Positions 23,582 through 33,805 of a stretch of 33,897 nt of DNA are shown piece by piece. The stretch comes from Octopus bimaculoides (lineage: Eukaryota). The notes under the pieces are model-generated. The model saw only the letters and a program-made list of their open reading frames with translations. It ran no database searches and was not told the origin of the DNA. Within the stretch, counting starts at the first letter, position 1; each line of letters starts with the position of its first letter. The stretch spans positions 190,392,247 through 190,426,143 of the forward strand of contig NC_068982.1 in assembly GCF_001194135.2 (NCBI RefSeq). The letters are read 5' to 3'. A program made the translations under genes and the position numbers.

Positions 23582-23865
23582 ATGTGTGTGTGTGTGTTTG
23601 TGTGAGTTTGTGTGCATGCTTGTACGTGTGAATGTGTGTGTATATGTGTGTTGTGAGCAATGTTATTGCATGACAGCGGTGGACGTTGTACACATAACCG
23701 AAGGCTCTCCAGCCGTGATCATCCTAGCTTTTACTCAGCTGTAGAAACCTAGAACTACATTATACATACAATCACTCCGCTTTTCAGACAAAAGAGTTTG
23801 ATATAAGGGATATTTGGCTGCTCTTTCTAGCTGCTTGAACTTAAAAGCCCCGTTGTCGCTTCATA

Positions 23866-24121
23866 TATTGGGTTGGTGCATAATTATTGCGGCCTTTTTT
23901 CAATAAATTTTATCCAACAAAAACAATGACGACATGTAACAAAAACATTTTTAAATGATTATTCCGGAGCATATTCACCATCTACCTCAATTACTGCTTC
24001 CCATTTGCTTGGCAGATGGTCGGAATATTCATTTAAAGATGTTTTTGTTAAATATTGTTTTTGTTTTTGTTGAATAAAATTTGTTGAAAAAAAGCTGCAA
24101 TAATTATGCATCAACCCAATA
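23866..24121 (-). mobile_element. mariner deletion derivative
   Basis: TA-TTGGGTTGGTGCATAATTATTGCGGC TIR (Hsmar1-like); about 93-bp inverted arms; minus 24021-23959 encodes the transposase end DHLPSKWEAVIEVDGEYAPE*. Confidence 0.9.
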
Positions 24122-24595
24122 GCATGTATGTTGTAATGTTACGCCAGGCTGTCTCTTATCAAGAAAACCTACGATCAAAAATATACCAACCGCGACCATC
24201 CTGTATTTTTCGTATCTATGAGGAACTTATTATCCGACATGGCTTCCCTTTTGAGAGAAGGGTGAAGCTCAAATAAAATTTGGCTGCTATTTCTAGCAGA
24301 ACAACCACATTTGACACACCTGGATTTTGTGTCTGTGTAACAATATGAAATGTTGGCGGTGATCGTTGGAAAGTGTCGGCGGCGATGGCGTCGACATTAC
24401 AGTTTATGCTTTTTGTTGTTGCATCTGATACTGGCTTTAGTAGTGGTCGGGTGGTCGTCTCTCGGGTACAACACATCATATTGTAAATAAGAGTCGATGG
24501 TTCGATTATATTCGCAAAACGATAGATGTAAATGTAATCGTCGTACGGCATAAAATCATGTGTGTTTGCGTGCGTGAGTGCGTGCGCGCGCGCGT

Positions 24596-24635
<40 letters not shown>

Positions 24636-24703
24636 ATTAGTGCGCGCACGCGTATACATATATGAGTACATATAGATTCATGTATGCATAAATATGTTGC
24701 ATA

Positions 24704-24750
<47 letters not shown>

Positions 24751-24751
<1 letters not shown>

Positions 24752-24801
24752 ATATTACATAAATGCATGCATATATATAAATCTGTCTGTCCGTCTCTCC
24801 G

Positions 24802-24893
<92 letters not shown>

Positions 24894-24940
24894 GAGACGG
24901 ACAGACAGATTTATATATATGCATGCATTTACGTAATATA
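24751..24940. repeat. Inverted duplication centred on (TA)n
   Basis: TATATTACATAAATGCATGCATATATATAAATCTGTCTGTCCGTCTC-(CT)n | (TA)n | (AG)n-GAGACGGACAGACAGATTTATATATATGCATGCATTTACGTAATATA. Confidence 0.85.
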
Positions 24941-24944
24941 TTTA

Positions 24945-24976
<32 letters not shown>

Positions 24977-25024
24977 GTATATGCCAGTTATGTATATGTC
25001 AATATATGTATATGTACGTATGTA

Positions 25025-25057
<33 letters not shown>

Positions 25058-25146
25058 TGTGTGCGTGCGGTTGCGCGTTTATATTTCCAGCTAACGTTCC
25101 TAGTGTTATTATCATCGTTATTCTCCATCCACCTGGCTACATTCTT

Positions 25147-25362
25147 CCTCATCTTCCTCTTCTGCCTCATCTTCCTCTTCTGCCTCATCTTCCTCTTCTG
25201 CCTCATCTTCCTCTTCTGCCTCATCTTCCTCTTCTGCCTCATCTTCTTCTTCTTCCTCATCTTCCTCTTCTGCCTCATCTTCTTCTTCTTCCTCATCTTC
25301 TTCTTCTTCCTCATCTTCTTCTTCTTCCTCATCTTCTTCTTCTTCCTCATCCTCTTCTTCCT
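25147..25362. repeat. 18-bp minisatellite, 12 units
   Basis: Units CCTCATCTTCCTCTTCTG (A) and CCTCATCTTCTTCTTCTT (B) in the order A5-B-A-B4-variant. Confidence 0.9.
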
Positions 25363-25680
25363 CCTCTCCGCATTCTTCTATATCTGTTGCTTCGATTTAC
25401 GATTTACGTATTTCTTGCTGTGCCTCGGTTATTCTCTGACCCAGCAGTCAACAAGAATGGCCCTAAATAATAATAATAACAATAATAATGATAACAATAA
25501 TAATGATAACAATAAGACAAAACAAAATTAAATCCAATAAACTGTATATCAAATCAAACGCCTAATGGTTAGTAAAAAGAAAAAAGAAAACTATTCTCAC
25601 CTGCGATGACGTTCGAAGACTGATGACGTTCTTCGCTTGTATGACGTCATCAGTCTATTTGATTTATATCATAACAGCAG

Positions 25681-25723
<43 letters not shown>

Positions 25724-25778
25724 ATTATAATAATAATAATAATAATAATACTAATAAAATAATAATAATAATAATAAT
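25681..25778. repeat. (CTA)n then (TAA)n at the Tx1 3' end
   Basis: Read directly. Confidence 0.95.
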
Positions 25779-27530
25779 CCTTTCTTTATTAACCACTGAG
25801 GGTTCATATAAAAGATCGGCAAGGGTAGAGGACAATACAATGCAAAAAGAGTGCGACTGGAGCGTGTAAAAACAGAATAACCAATGATAGATATAACAAT
25901 TAAGGTCCCCAAAAGAAGACTGCACACGGAAAACCGCGCAAAAACCACGCTCACCCTGACCTCTAGGCCAAGCGCCCCCTCCTCTTCATCTACCCTTGAT
26001 CTAGAAGCGCATGCTTAGAATAGACCCGTCCACTCGGGCCACTCGCATTACATTCTTCCATCTTTTGACAAAATTGTTTGGAGCCAGCACTTCCCTCTCT
26101 ACCCTCATTTTCCTGTTGATGCGGGTTCGATCGGAGAGGAAAGTGTCTGTCTTCTACCTTCTCAACCTGGTCCACCACATAATCTCTTTCGCTAAACAAA
26201 AGAAGGCGGTGGGTGATCTTCATGATGGACTCAGCCGATCGCCGGATCCGTCTTGCGCAGGTGTTCGACATAAACCCATAAGTCCATAAGTCAGCGATGA
26301 TTGGGCACTGGACGAGAGCGTGCAGAACTGTTTCATCGCTCTGCTCGCATCTCGGGCAAACCCGGCTGACGGCACTTCCATGCTTGTAGAGTTTATCTCG
26401 AACCGGCAATGTTCCTCGATAGCCCTGCCAAGCTAAGGATTTCTGGAAGGTATCCATAGGCCCTGGTTCGAAAGTCCTCCGGAACAGACCATCCAGCTCA
26501 TTCTCGTCGCCGCCCAGAGTCTCCTTGAGAGGGATCGCATATCACTGCCACTAATCCTCTTTATATTTCTAAATGAGAACCATTCACTGATCTCATTGCC
26601 AGACTGGTAGAAGGCTGTGATCGTTTGACGACACACTAGGAGCCAGACGCCGCCCAGTCTCTATCCATTCTTGGCCCAGGACTGCAGCAGCTCCACCAAG
26701 GAGATCAGCTGCAGAAGCCGCAGACGTTCAGCTTCCGTAACGTTGCAGGCGATGCAACAACAGCTCATGTCTACGCATGATCAGTCACGGTATGCCGAAG
26801 CCACCACGCAGAGGACGCTGGCAGCAGACTGAGCGCCTAGCTATTGGAACGCTTCCATTCCACAAGAAAATAAATTTGATCAAGCAGCAGCTGAGTCGAG
26901 GCACGGCGATCAGGCGATGAATGATAACAGAGGCGGTGAAGGCATTCGCCATCTCTGCCCGCCATTTCAGTGGCAGCTTCCATTCTTCCCATTTCTGGGT
27001 AAAACTAGACACCATTTTTGTCATCTCATCCCAGTTCTTATTCACATGGAAGTTAGAATTTAACCAAGCTCCATGCTTTTTCACTGGTCCATCAGTTCAG
27101 CGTCCAGTGACATGGATCTGACCCACCAGATGCCCAGCTTCAAGCCCACGAAATTGTCGGCGTTGATTTTTGGCTCCTACCAACGACTCGTATTGCTGCA
27201 GTATGGTATCGACCGTCTGCACTTAGAAGGCGTCGAGGACGATTGCCTGTACTTTGAGATCTAAGCTTTCTGGAATAGCACTACTACACTGCCACCCGAT
27301 CCTGACAGATCACGAAATGAGAATATCTCATAGTCGTCGAAAATGCACCAGAAATCCTCGTCTCGCTGATGCCCACCACATTTGTGTCGAACGAGCTGAG
27401 ATTAGCAAGTGGCTTATCTTCCAAGCTGGCCCCAAGCCATCCACTTTTTCGCACACCTCACTCCCAGTTCTGCCGTGTTTGTCGAATAAAGAAAAATACA
27501 GATCACTCACCTTGATTTTCGAGAAACCCC
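25779..27530 (-). mobile_element. Tx1/L1-clade ORF2, internally deleted, plus 3' UTR
   Basis: APE start (GLGPAWKISHLL / VVGISETR / GGSVVVLF) is fused near 27225 to the RT end (YESLVGAKIN). Then NWDEM...WKLPLKWRAEMANAF, GGFGIP, zinc finger CPRCEQSDETVLHALVQC, and a 3' UTR with AATAAA. Confidence 0.9.
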
Positions 27531-27589
27531 ATTGTTCCAGACATTTTGGCGAATGTTTTCTAAAATGCCTTCTGAAAGATTTTTCTCTT

Positions 27590-28000
27590 GGTTATTTTTG
27601 CAGATGAGGAGAGTAGTTTCAGTTGAGGCAGTTCTAGTGTGGCCTTGATACTTTCTCCATATAACCGTGTAAGATCTCGCCGATAAAAGATGAAATTCTT
27701 CAGCCTGTAGCCTGTTACGACGTCTGGGCCTGAGGATTTCCTGTTTGGCATTTTCTGCAGAACTACTTCCAGTATTTCACCATCTATTTTATATTACTTT
27801 TCCTGGACATGCCTGCAGTAGTCATGCTCCAGTTCTTTTAGCCTTACAGCTTGTTTGTTAAATTGATCATTTGTTTCCAATACAGATCTCCAGCAGCCCT
27901 CAGCCTGATCTTTCGTGAGAGTGTCTTTTACCGAGATTGAGCCTTTCGCATTGAAGCTGCGAGAAACTGATCTGGGTTCGCTGGCAAATAATTTGAGTAT
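27590..28000 (-). mobile_element. R4/Dong fragment C (pre-RT region and RT start)
   Basis: LFASEPRSV...WRSVLETNDQFNKQAVRLKELEHDYC...KMPNRKSSGPDVVTGYRLKNFIFYR; homologous to, but distinct from, fragment B. Confidence 0.75.
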
Positions 28001-29809
28001 TTACCGCATAGGGAGACAGTGCCGTGACGACATTTTAGGACAGCTGCTAATCACGTGCGTGATGTCTTCCACAGAATCATGGCATAGCCTACACATGCGG
28101 TTGCACCTTGGGATTGCAGGAGCGTCACTGTCTCTCTCTTGTTCACTAGGTACTTGGTGGCAACCTTCTGTTCCCGAATTGCAAACGCATGGCCTTCAAA
28201 GTGTGATGTGATGTAATAGACTTATGTCCAAGAGAGGCTGCGCTTCGTGTCAATTCTACTGTTTTCTTCAAGCTTCCGGGCAACATACTCATGCATAGTC
28301 TTTTTTTTTTTGTATGCTGAGTGCTTTCCATCCAGGTCTTCTCTGAGGTAAGAGAACCCAGCTGTTTTGGGGCTGTATAGGAGATCATTAGGAAGAAAGT
28401 GCTTCTTGAGGAGTTCACTGCCAACTCGTACAATGTTGCTCACTTTACTTTTCAGGACTGCTTTTATATATTTATTTTTGCTGCTGTTGTTCATTGGGTA
28501 CTGCCTGAGTGATACCTTACGGCATTCGAAGGCCGTCTGCACTGATCTCAGGCCTCCGCCACCTTCATTTCTTCTTAGGCAGAGCCTGTCAACATCACTG
28601 TTTCTGTGGAAGTTCCCAGTTATTGTCAGGATTTTGCGGGTTTTAGTATTTATGAAGTGGATTTCCTCCTCAGACCAAATGTTGGGATCATCACTGGTAC
28701 TGCAAATGCATTGTGGGATATTGTTTTGTTGTAAGAGGAGAGTTCCGACTGCCATATTTTCCTAAGTCTGGTATAATGTTCTCGGGTCACTCTTTCGTCT
28801 GTGCCTCGGTACTTGTAACATTTATTGCGTGAAACGGAGGAGATAGAGAGTCCGTTGATGCGCAGGTTTTGGGTTTGGGGTTTGGGGAACTGACTTTCCT
28901 CGTTCTATAACTTAATATGAACATTCCTTTTAACCAAATTTTATGCCTATATCAGCTGAAAATGTTATTAATTCTATTTGTTGTTAACACTTTTAGCATA
29001 AATCTTGAGGTCGTCTACAAAGAAATTATGAGTTACGTTGATATTTTCTAGCAGTTGAAGATCCTAGCATGGAGCCATTTGTTTTCTACAGTAGGAATGA
29101 TAATGGATTCAGTGCCAAAATGAAAGGAAGCACAAAAAGACTATCTCCCTGGAATATTCCCTTTGAAATGCCTATACTATCAGAAACAATAGATCGGAAG
29201 AGCGNNNNNNNNNNNNNNNNNNNNNNNNNNNNNNNNNNNNNNNNNNNNNNNNNNNNNNNNNNNNNNNNNNNNNNNNNNNNNNNNNNNNNNNNNNNNNNNN
29301 NNNNNNNNNNNNNNNNNNNNNNNNNNNNNNNNNNNNNNNNNNNNNNNNNNNNNNNNNNNNNNNNNNNNNNNNNNNNNNNNNNNNNNNNNNNNNNNNNGTC
29401 AAGTCATACTGTTACAAGGTTTCCGCGTTGTTTTCTTACTTCAGACAATACAGTTTTGTTTATTAAAAGTTGTTCGGCACATCCCCACATTCCCTTCTTT
29501 CCACCAGCCTGTTCATCAGTCACAATGTTGTTCGACTCACAATGGTCCTGGAGGAATTGGTTGAGGCAACTTGTGTACAAATTGTACATAATGTTTAGGC
29601 AAGCGATGGGCCTGTAGTTTCCCGCCATCTCAGTGGTTTCATTTTTGGCAACACGATTTATCCTTGCTGTAGCAAGCCAATTTGGTATATCAGTCTGACC
29701 TTCCATAGTCCTTTTGAACGTACATATCAACTGGTTTCTATAAAATGTCAGCTTCTTGTACCAATATCCAACTATTAGGTCCCTTCCAGGTGCCTTTCCA
29801 TTCTGCAGT
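28001..29809 (-). mobile_element. R4/Dong fragment B (RT, thumb, CCHC finger), spanning a gap
   Basis: KAPGRDLIVGYWYKKL...NYRPIACLN...EQAGGKKG; GIFQGDSL; FFVDDLKIYA; KTRKILT...FHRNSDVDRL...GGGGL; CRLCHDSVEDITHVISSC. The two sides of gap 29205-29397 may be different copies. Confidence 0.88.
29191..29204 (+). other. Illumina adapter remnant (assembly artefact)
   Basis: AGATCGGAAGAGCG immediately before an N-gap. Confidence 0.9.
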
Positions 29810-29900
29810 TGTATGTATGTATGTATGTATGTATGTATGTATGTATGTATGTATGTATGCAATCATACATGCATGTATGTATGTATCGATGTATGTATGT

Positions 29901-30573
29901 CATTATTCAGTTTATTTCAAGATTTCTTGCCAATAGAGAAAGAACCGGTTTCTAACCTAGATCCAAGGTTCCTTCATTGGAATTTCAACATCAACAGCGG
30001 GGTATTTTTGTATGTATGTATGTATGTATGTATGTATGTATGTATGTATGTATTTGCAGATTTGTATGTTTTACGTATGAATTCTCATGCATATAGTTGC
30101 ATATCTAGACATGCTCATATTTATTTAAATGATAAACCTCTGGAGAGTTTTACAGATTTTTACAGTTCCAGTGATGGATTGGATCTGTAGTCTTCGAATT
30201 AGCTTTCTCCTTTCTGGTTTTAAGATGCCTAATTTCTGAAGATAGGTTTTTGAGTAGTTTGTTACACATTCCAGTGCCCCAATAATTACAGGTATAAACC
30301 TGAACTTGTAATCTGGATAGAGTAACTGCAGATTTCTCAATAGTTCCGCATAGGTGTTCTCTTTTTCACTGATCTTCAGCTTTATGTTAACATCCTCTGG
30401 ACAGAGAATTTCCACAACCGTGCACAGTTTCTCTTCTCTACCCCAAATCATTATATCAGGTCTTTTAAGCTTACACTTTATTGAGTTCTTCACTGGGACA
30501 TTCCACCAGTATTCCTTTTCATTACGAGTGGCTATGGCTTCTACCATATTGTGGGTTCTTAGTTCTGTGTCTT
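29901..30573 (-). mobile_element. R4/Dong copy A (RLE plus full 3' UTR) in (CATA)n
   Basis: ORF 30125-30547: RPDIMIW...CTVVEILCP.D.N...EKENTYAEL...LYPDYKF..IPVIIGAL (PD-(D/E)xK RLE). (TATG)n at 29811-29900, 30010-30053 and 30575-30626. Confidence 0.92.
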
Positions 30574-30856
30574 TGTATGTATGTATGTATGTATGTATGT
30601 ATGTATGTATGTATGTATGTATGTATAGTCATCTATACTGGCCAGCTAGCGCCAGATTTCTAGTTATTTTATCCACCCCAAGATGAAAAAAGCAGCACCG
30701 TCTATCTGATGTAACTGGATCCCAGAACTTAGATGATCATAACGCAATACCAGTAGACACATAGTCCTATGCTCTAGTGATTTTTGAAAGCAATATGAAC
30801 CAAGGAAATGCGAACGAGTTATGTTAATATTTGACTTGTTTCTATGTATTCTACAG

Positions 30857-30878
30857 ACATCGAAAAAGTACCACAAAG
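30857..30878 (+). other. Candidate 22-nt microexon (unverified)
   Basis: TTGACTTGTTTCTATGTATTCTACAG|ACATCGAAAAAGTACCACAAAG|GTAATA; all three frames open. Confidence 0.25.
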
Positions 30879-31257
30879 GTAATAAAGTAAAGAAAAGAAT
30901 TCAATAAAAGCCACTTGGAAATACAACCGAAATACTGATTATTAAGAGTTGCGAGAGGAACAGCTGGGTTGATGGTGATAGCGAGTTATACAGGAAATAT
31001 CCTGATATGTTTCAAATGCTTTGTAAATAAATTGTTCCAATCCAGGGAGAACGTTTGACGTGGTAAATGTTTGTATAGTGAGTTCATCGGATTGATTGTC
31101 TTGTTTATCGATGGAACCGAATAAATTGAGCGTAGAAATAATCGGCCATATTTGAACATACATTAACACACAGGAGAGCCAAACACACATTTTCTCTTCT
31201 TCTCTCCCTCTTCTTCGTCCTCTCCTTTTCGTTCTCTCTCATTCTTTCTCGTTCTCG

Positions 31258-31258
31258 C

Positions 31259-31341
<83 letters not shown>
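31258..31341. repeat. (TCTA)n(TCTG)n
   Basis: Read directly. Confidence 0.95.
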
Positions 31342-31343
<2 letters not shown>

Positions 31344-31560
31344 TCCTTATTTATCTGTGCATGTGTTCGTGTGTCTTTCAAATATAAACAGAAAGATTGA
31401 TGGATATATGTGTGCATTTATGTGTATACATCCATACGTATGTATAAAGGAGTATATATACATCTACATATGTACACAAACACACACTCGCGCACGCGCA
31501 CACACAGATATATATGTGTATCCACATTTTTTTTTTCTTTCTGTATATTTTCTCTTATTC

Positions 31561-31596
31561 CTTTCTGTTGAAGAGCGTAGGCTCGAAATGTAAAAG
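31561..31596 (+). ncRNA. Minimal type I hammerhead-ribozyme-like motif (PLE style), probably decayed
   Basis: Stem I CTTT/AAAG; core CTGTTGA-A; stem II GAGC-gtag-GCTC; GAAA-TGT-A. Non-canonical at A6 and C15.2. Confidence 0.5.
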
Positions 31597-31773
31597 ACTT
31601 TCTCACTTTCCCAAGCATCAAACTAATACACCTGCTTCTTGTTCATACAAGCAGGTGTATTAGTTTGACTCTCAGGAAAGCACACACACACACACACACA
31701 CATACATACATACATACATACATACATACATACATGCATGCATGCATTCATGCATACCTACATACATACATAC

Positions 31774-32270
31774 AAGGAATACTGGCAGAACATTCCCATC
31801 AAAACTTTCGTCAAGTGTAAGTATAACAGAACAGATGTTGTTTAGAACAGACAAGAAAAAGTATGTACCGTCATAGAGGTCAGCTGTCCAGTTGTTGTGA
31901 ATATGTCTTGGATAAATCAAAAAGAAAGAGGATAACTATGGACAACTCCTCCAAACCTTCCAACTTCTGTATCCCGATTATAATTTCACATTTATACCAA
32001 TAATAATTGTTACACTTGGTTTTGTGAGTAAATGCCTAAGCGACAACCTGGATAAGGTCGGCTTCGCAGAAAAAGAAAGCAACTATAGCTAATTCGACAT
32101 TACAAATGTAACCTGTAAGCGGAACAGTAATAATATGCAAGATTTGTCTCAAGTTTAGACTAAATTTTTTGTTGCCCACATTCCCACGATGAAGTTTCGT
32201 ATCTTTGTTGGAAACGAGCTTTTTCCTCAGAGCAAGAATTTATATAATCAAAAAAAAAAAACAGAAGAGA
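31774..32270 (+). mobile_element. R4/Dong copy D (RLE plus 3' UTR) in (CATA)n
   Basis: KEYWQNIPIKTFVKCKYNRTDVV*NRQEKVCTVIEVSCP...DNYGQLLQTFQLLYPDYNFTFIPIII..LGFV is homologous to copy A. CATA repeats abut both ends. Confidence 0.88.
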
Positions 32271-33208
32271 CATACATACACATGTGCATACACACACACA
32301 CACACACATACATACATTCACACACACACGCACACACACACATACACACACACACACACACACACATACTGTATATATGTATGTATATATATATATATAT
32401 ATTTATTTATATCTATACATATATTTATATATTTTATACATATATANNNNNNNNNNNNNNNNNNNNNNNNNNNNNNNNNNNNNNNNNNNNNNNNNNNNNN
32501 NNNNNNNNNNNNNNNNNNNNNNNNNNNNNNNNNNNNNNNNNNNNNNNNNNNNNNNNNNNNNNNNNNNNNNNNNNNNNNNNNNNNNNNNNNNNNNNNNNNN
32601 NNNNNNNNNNNNNNNNNNNNNNNNNNNNNNNNNNNNNNNNNNNNNNNNNNNNNNNNNNNNNNNNNNNNNNNNNNNNNNNNNNNNNNNNNNNNNNNNNNNN
32701 NNNNNNNNNNNNNNNNNNNNNNNNNNNNNNNNNNNNNNNNNNNNNNNNNNNNNNNNNNNNNNNNNNNNNNNNNNNNNNNNNNNNNNNNNNNNNNNNNNNN
32801 NNNNNNNNNNNNNNNNNNNNNNNNNNNNNNNNNNNNNNNNNNNNNNNNNNNNNNNNNNNNNNNNNNNNNNNNNNNNNNNNNNNNNNNNNNNNNNNNNNNN
32901 NNNNNNNNNNNNNNNNNNNNNNNNNNNNNNNNNNNNNNNNNNNNNNNNNNNNNNNNNNNNNNNNNNNNNNNNNNNNNNNNNNNNNNNNNNNNNNNNNNNN
33001 NNNNNNNNNNNNNNNNNNNNNNNNNNNNNNNNNNNNNNNNNNNNNNNNNNNNNNNNNNNNNNNNNNNNNNNNNNNNNNNNNNNNNNNNNNNNNNNNNNNN
33101 NNNNNNNNNNNNNNNNNNNNNNNNNNNNNNCAACGTGAAATGAAGTGACTTGCTCAAGAGCACAATGTAACACGCACCTTCACATGCACACGCACTTGCA
33201 CACATACA

Positions 33209-33249
<41 letters not shown>

Positions 33250-33632
33250 ACACACTCACACACACACACACACACATATTTACTCATGTACTTATGTCTG
33301 TCGTATACGTATAGTATATGTGTATTATTGAAATAATTAGTAATAAAAATTTCACAATTTACATTTTAGCTTAATTATGAACAATATCTTCGTTGAGACA
33401 CCCCGCTCCCTTTCTTTCAACCAATCACAATCCTTCACATAAAACAGTATTTACCCATCATTTCACAGCAATAAACCCAGTCTTAATAAACAGTAATTAC
33501 CCTCTAGCAACAAAACATAAACATTAGTGTCCATTAAATCATAATATTTTAACGGCCAATTGATATTCTAGAATTTATATTGAAGATAAATGGATTTTCT
33601 TTGAAATAAGTCAATATTTTTCACCGAAGTTA

Positions 33633-33675
33633 AGGCGGCGGGTTGGCACAATCGTTAGCTCGTCGGGAAAAATGT
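33633..33675 (+). mobile_element. SINE family 2, 5' fragment
   Basis: AAGGCGGCGGGTTGGCACAATCGTTAGC head. Confidence 0.6.
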
Positions 33676-33689
33676 ATGTGTATATATGT

Positions 33690-33805
33690 ATATTCTTTAT
33701 TAATAAAGCTGCAAAGACATCACACAAACTGTTTCTCAGAGTTTCACGTTTCCGTTCGTCCAACAGCTTTTGGGATGTCTTTGCAGCTTTATTAATAAAG
33801 AATAT
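33690..33805. repeat. Perfect 32-bp inverted repeat
   Basis: 33690-33721 versus 33774-33805. Confidence 0.9.

Noticed and set aside
24216-24671. 151-aa minus-strand ORF
   Set aside because: Starts in a CA repeat; no recognisable motif or splice signals; plausibly chance.
25147-25362. CRISPR-like array
   Set aside because: Contiguous tandem units without spacers, in eukaryotic context with no cas genes.
25562-25600. 39-nt GT...TACTAAC...AG mini-intron on the minus strand
   Set aside because: Too short for a typical metazoan spliceosomal intron, and the downstream frames are closed.
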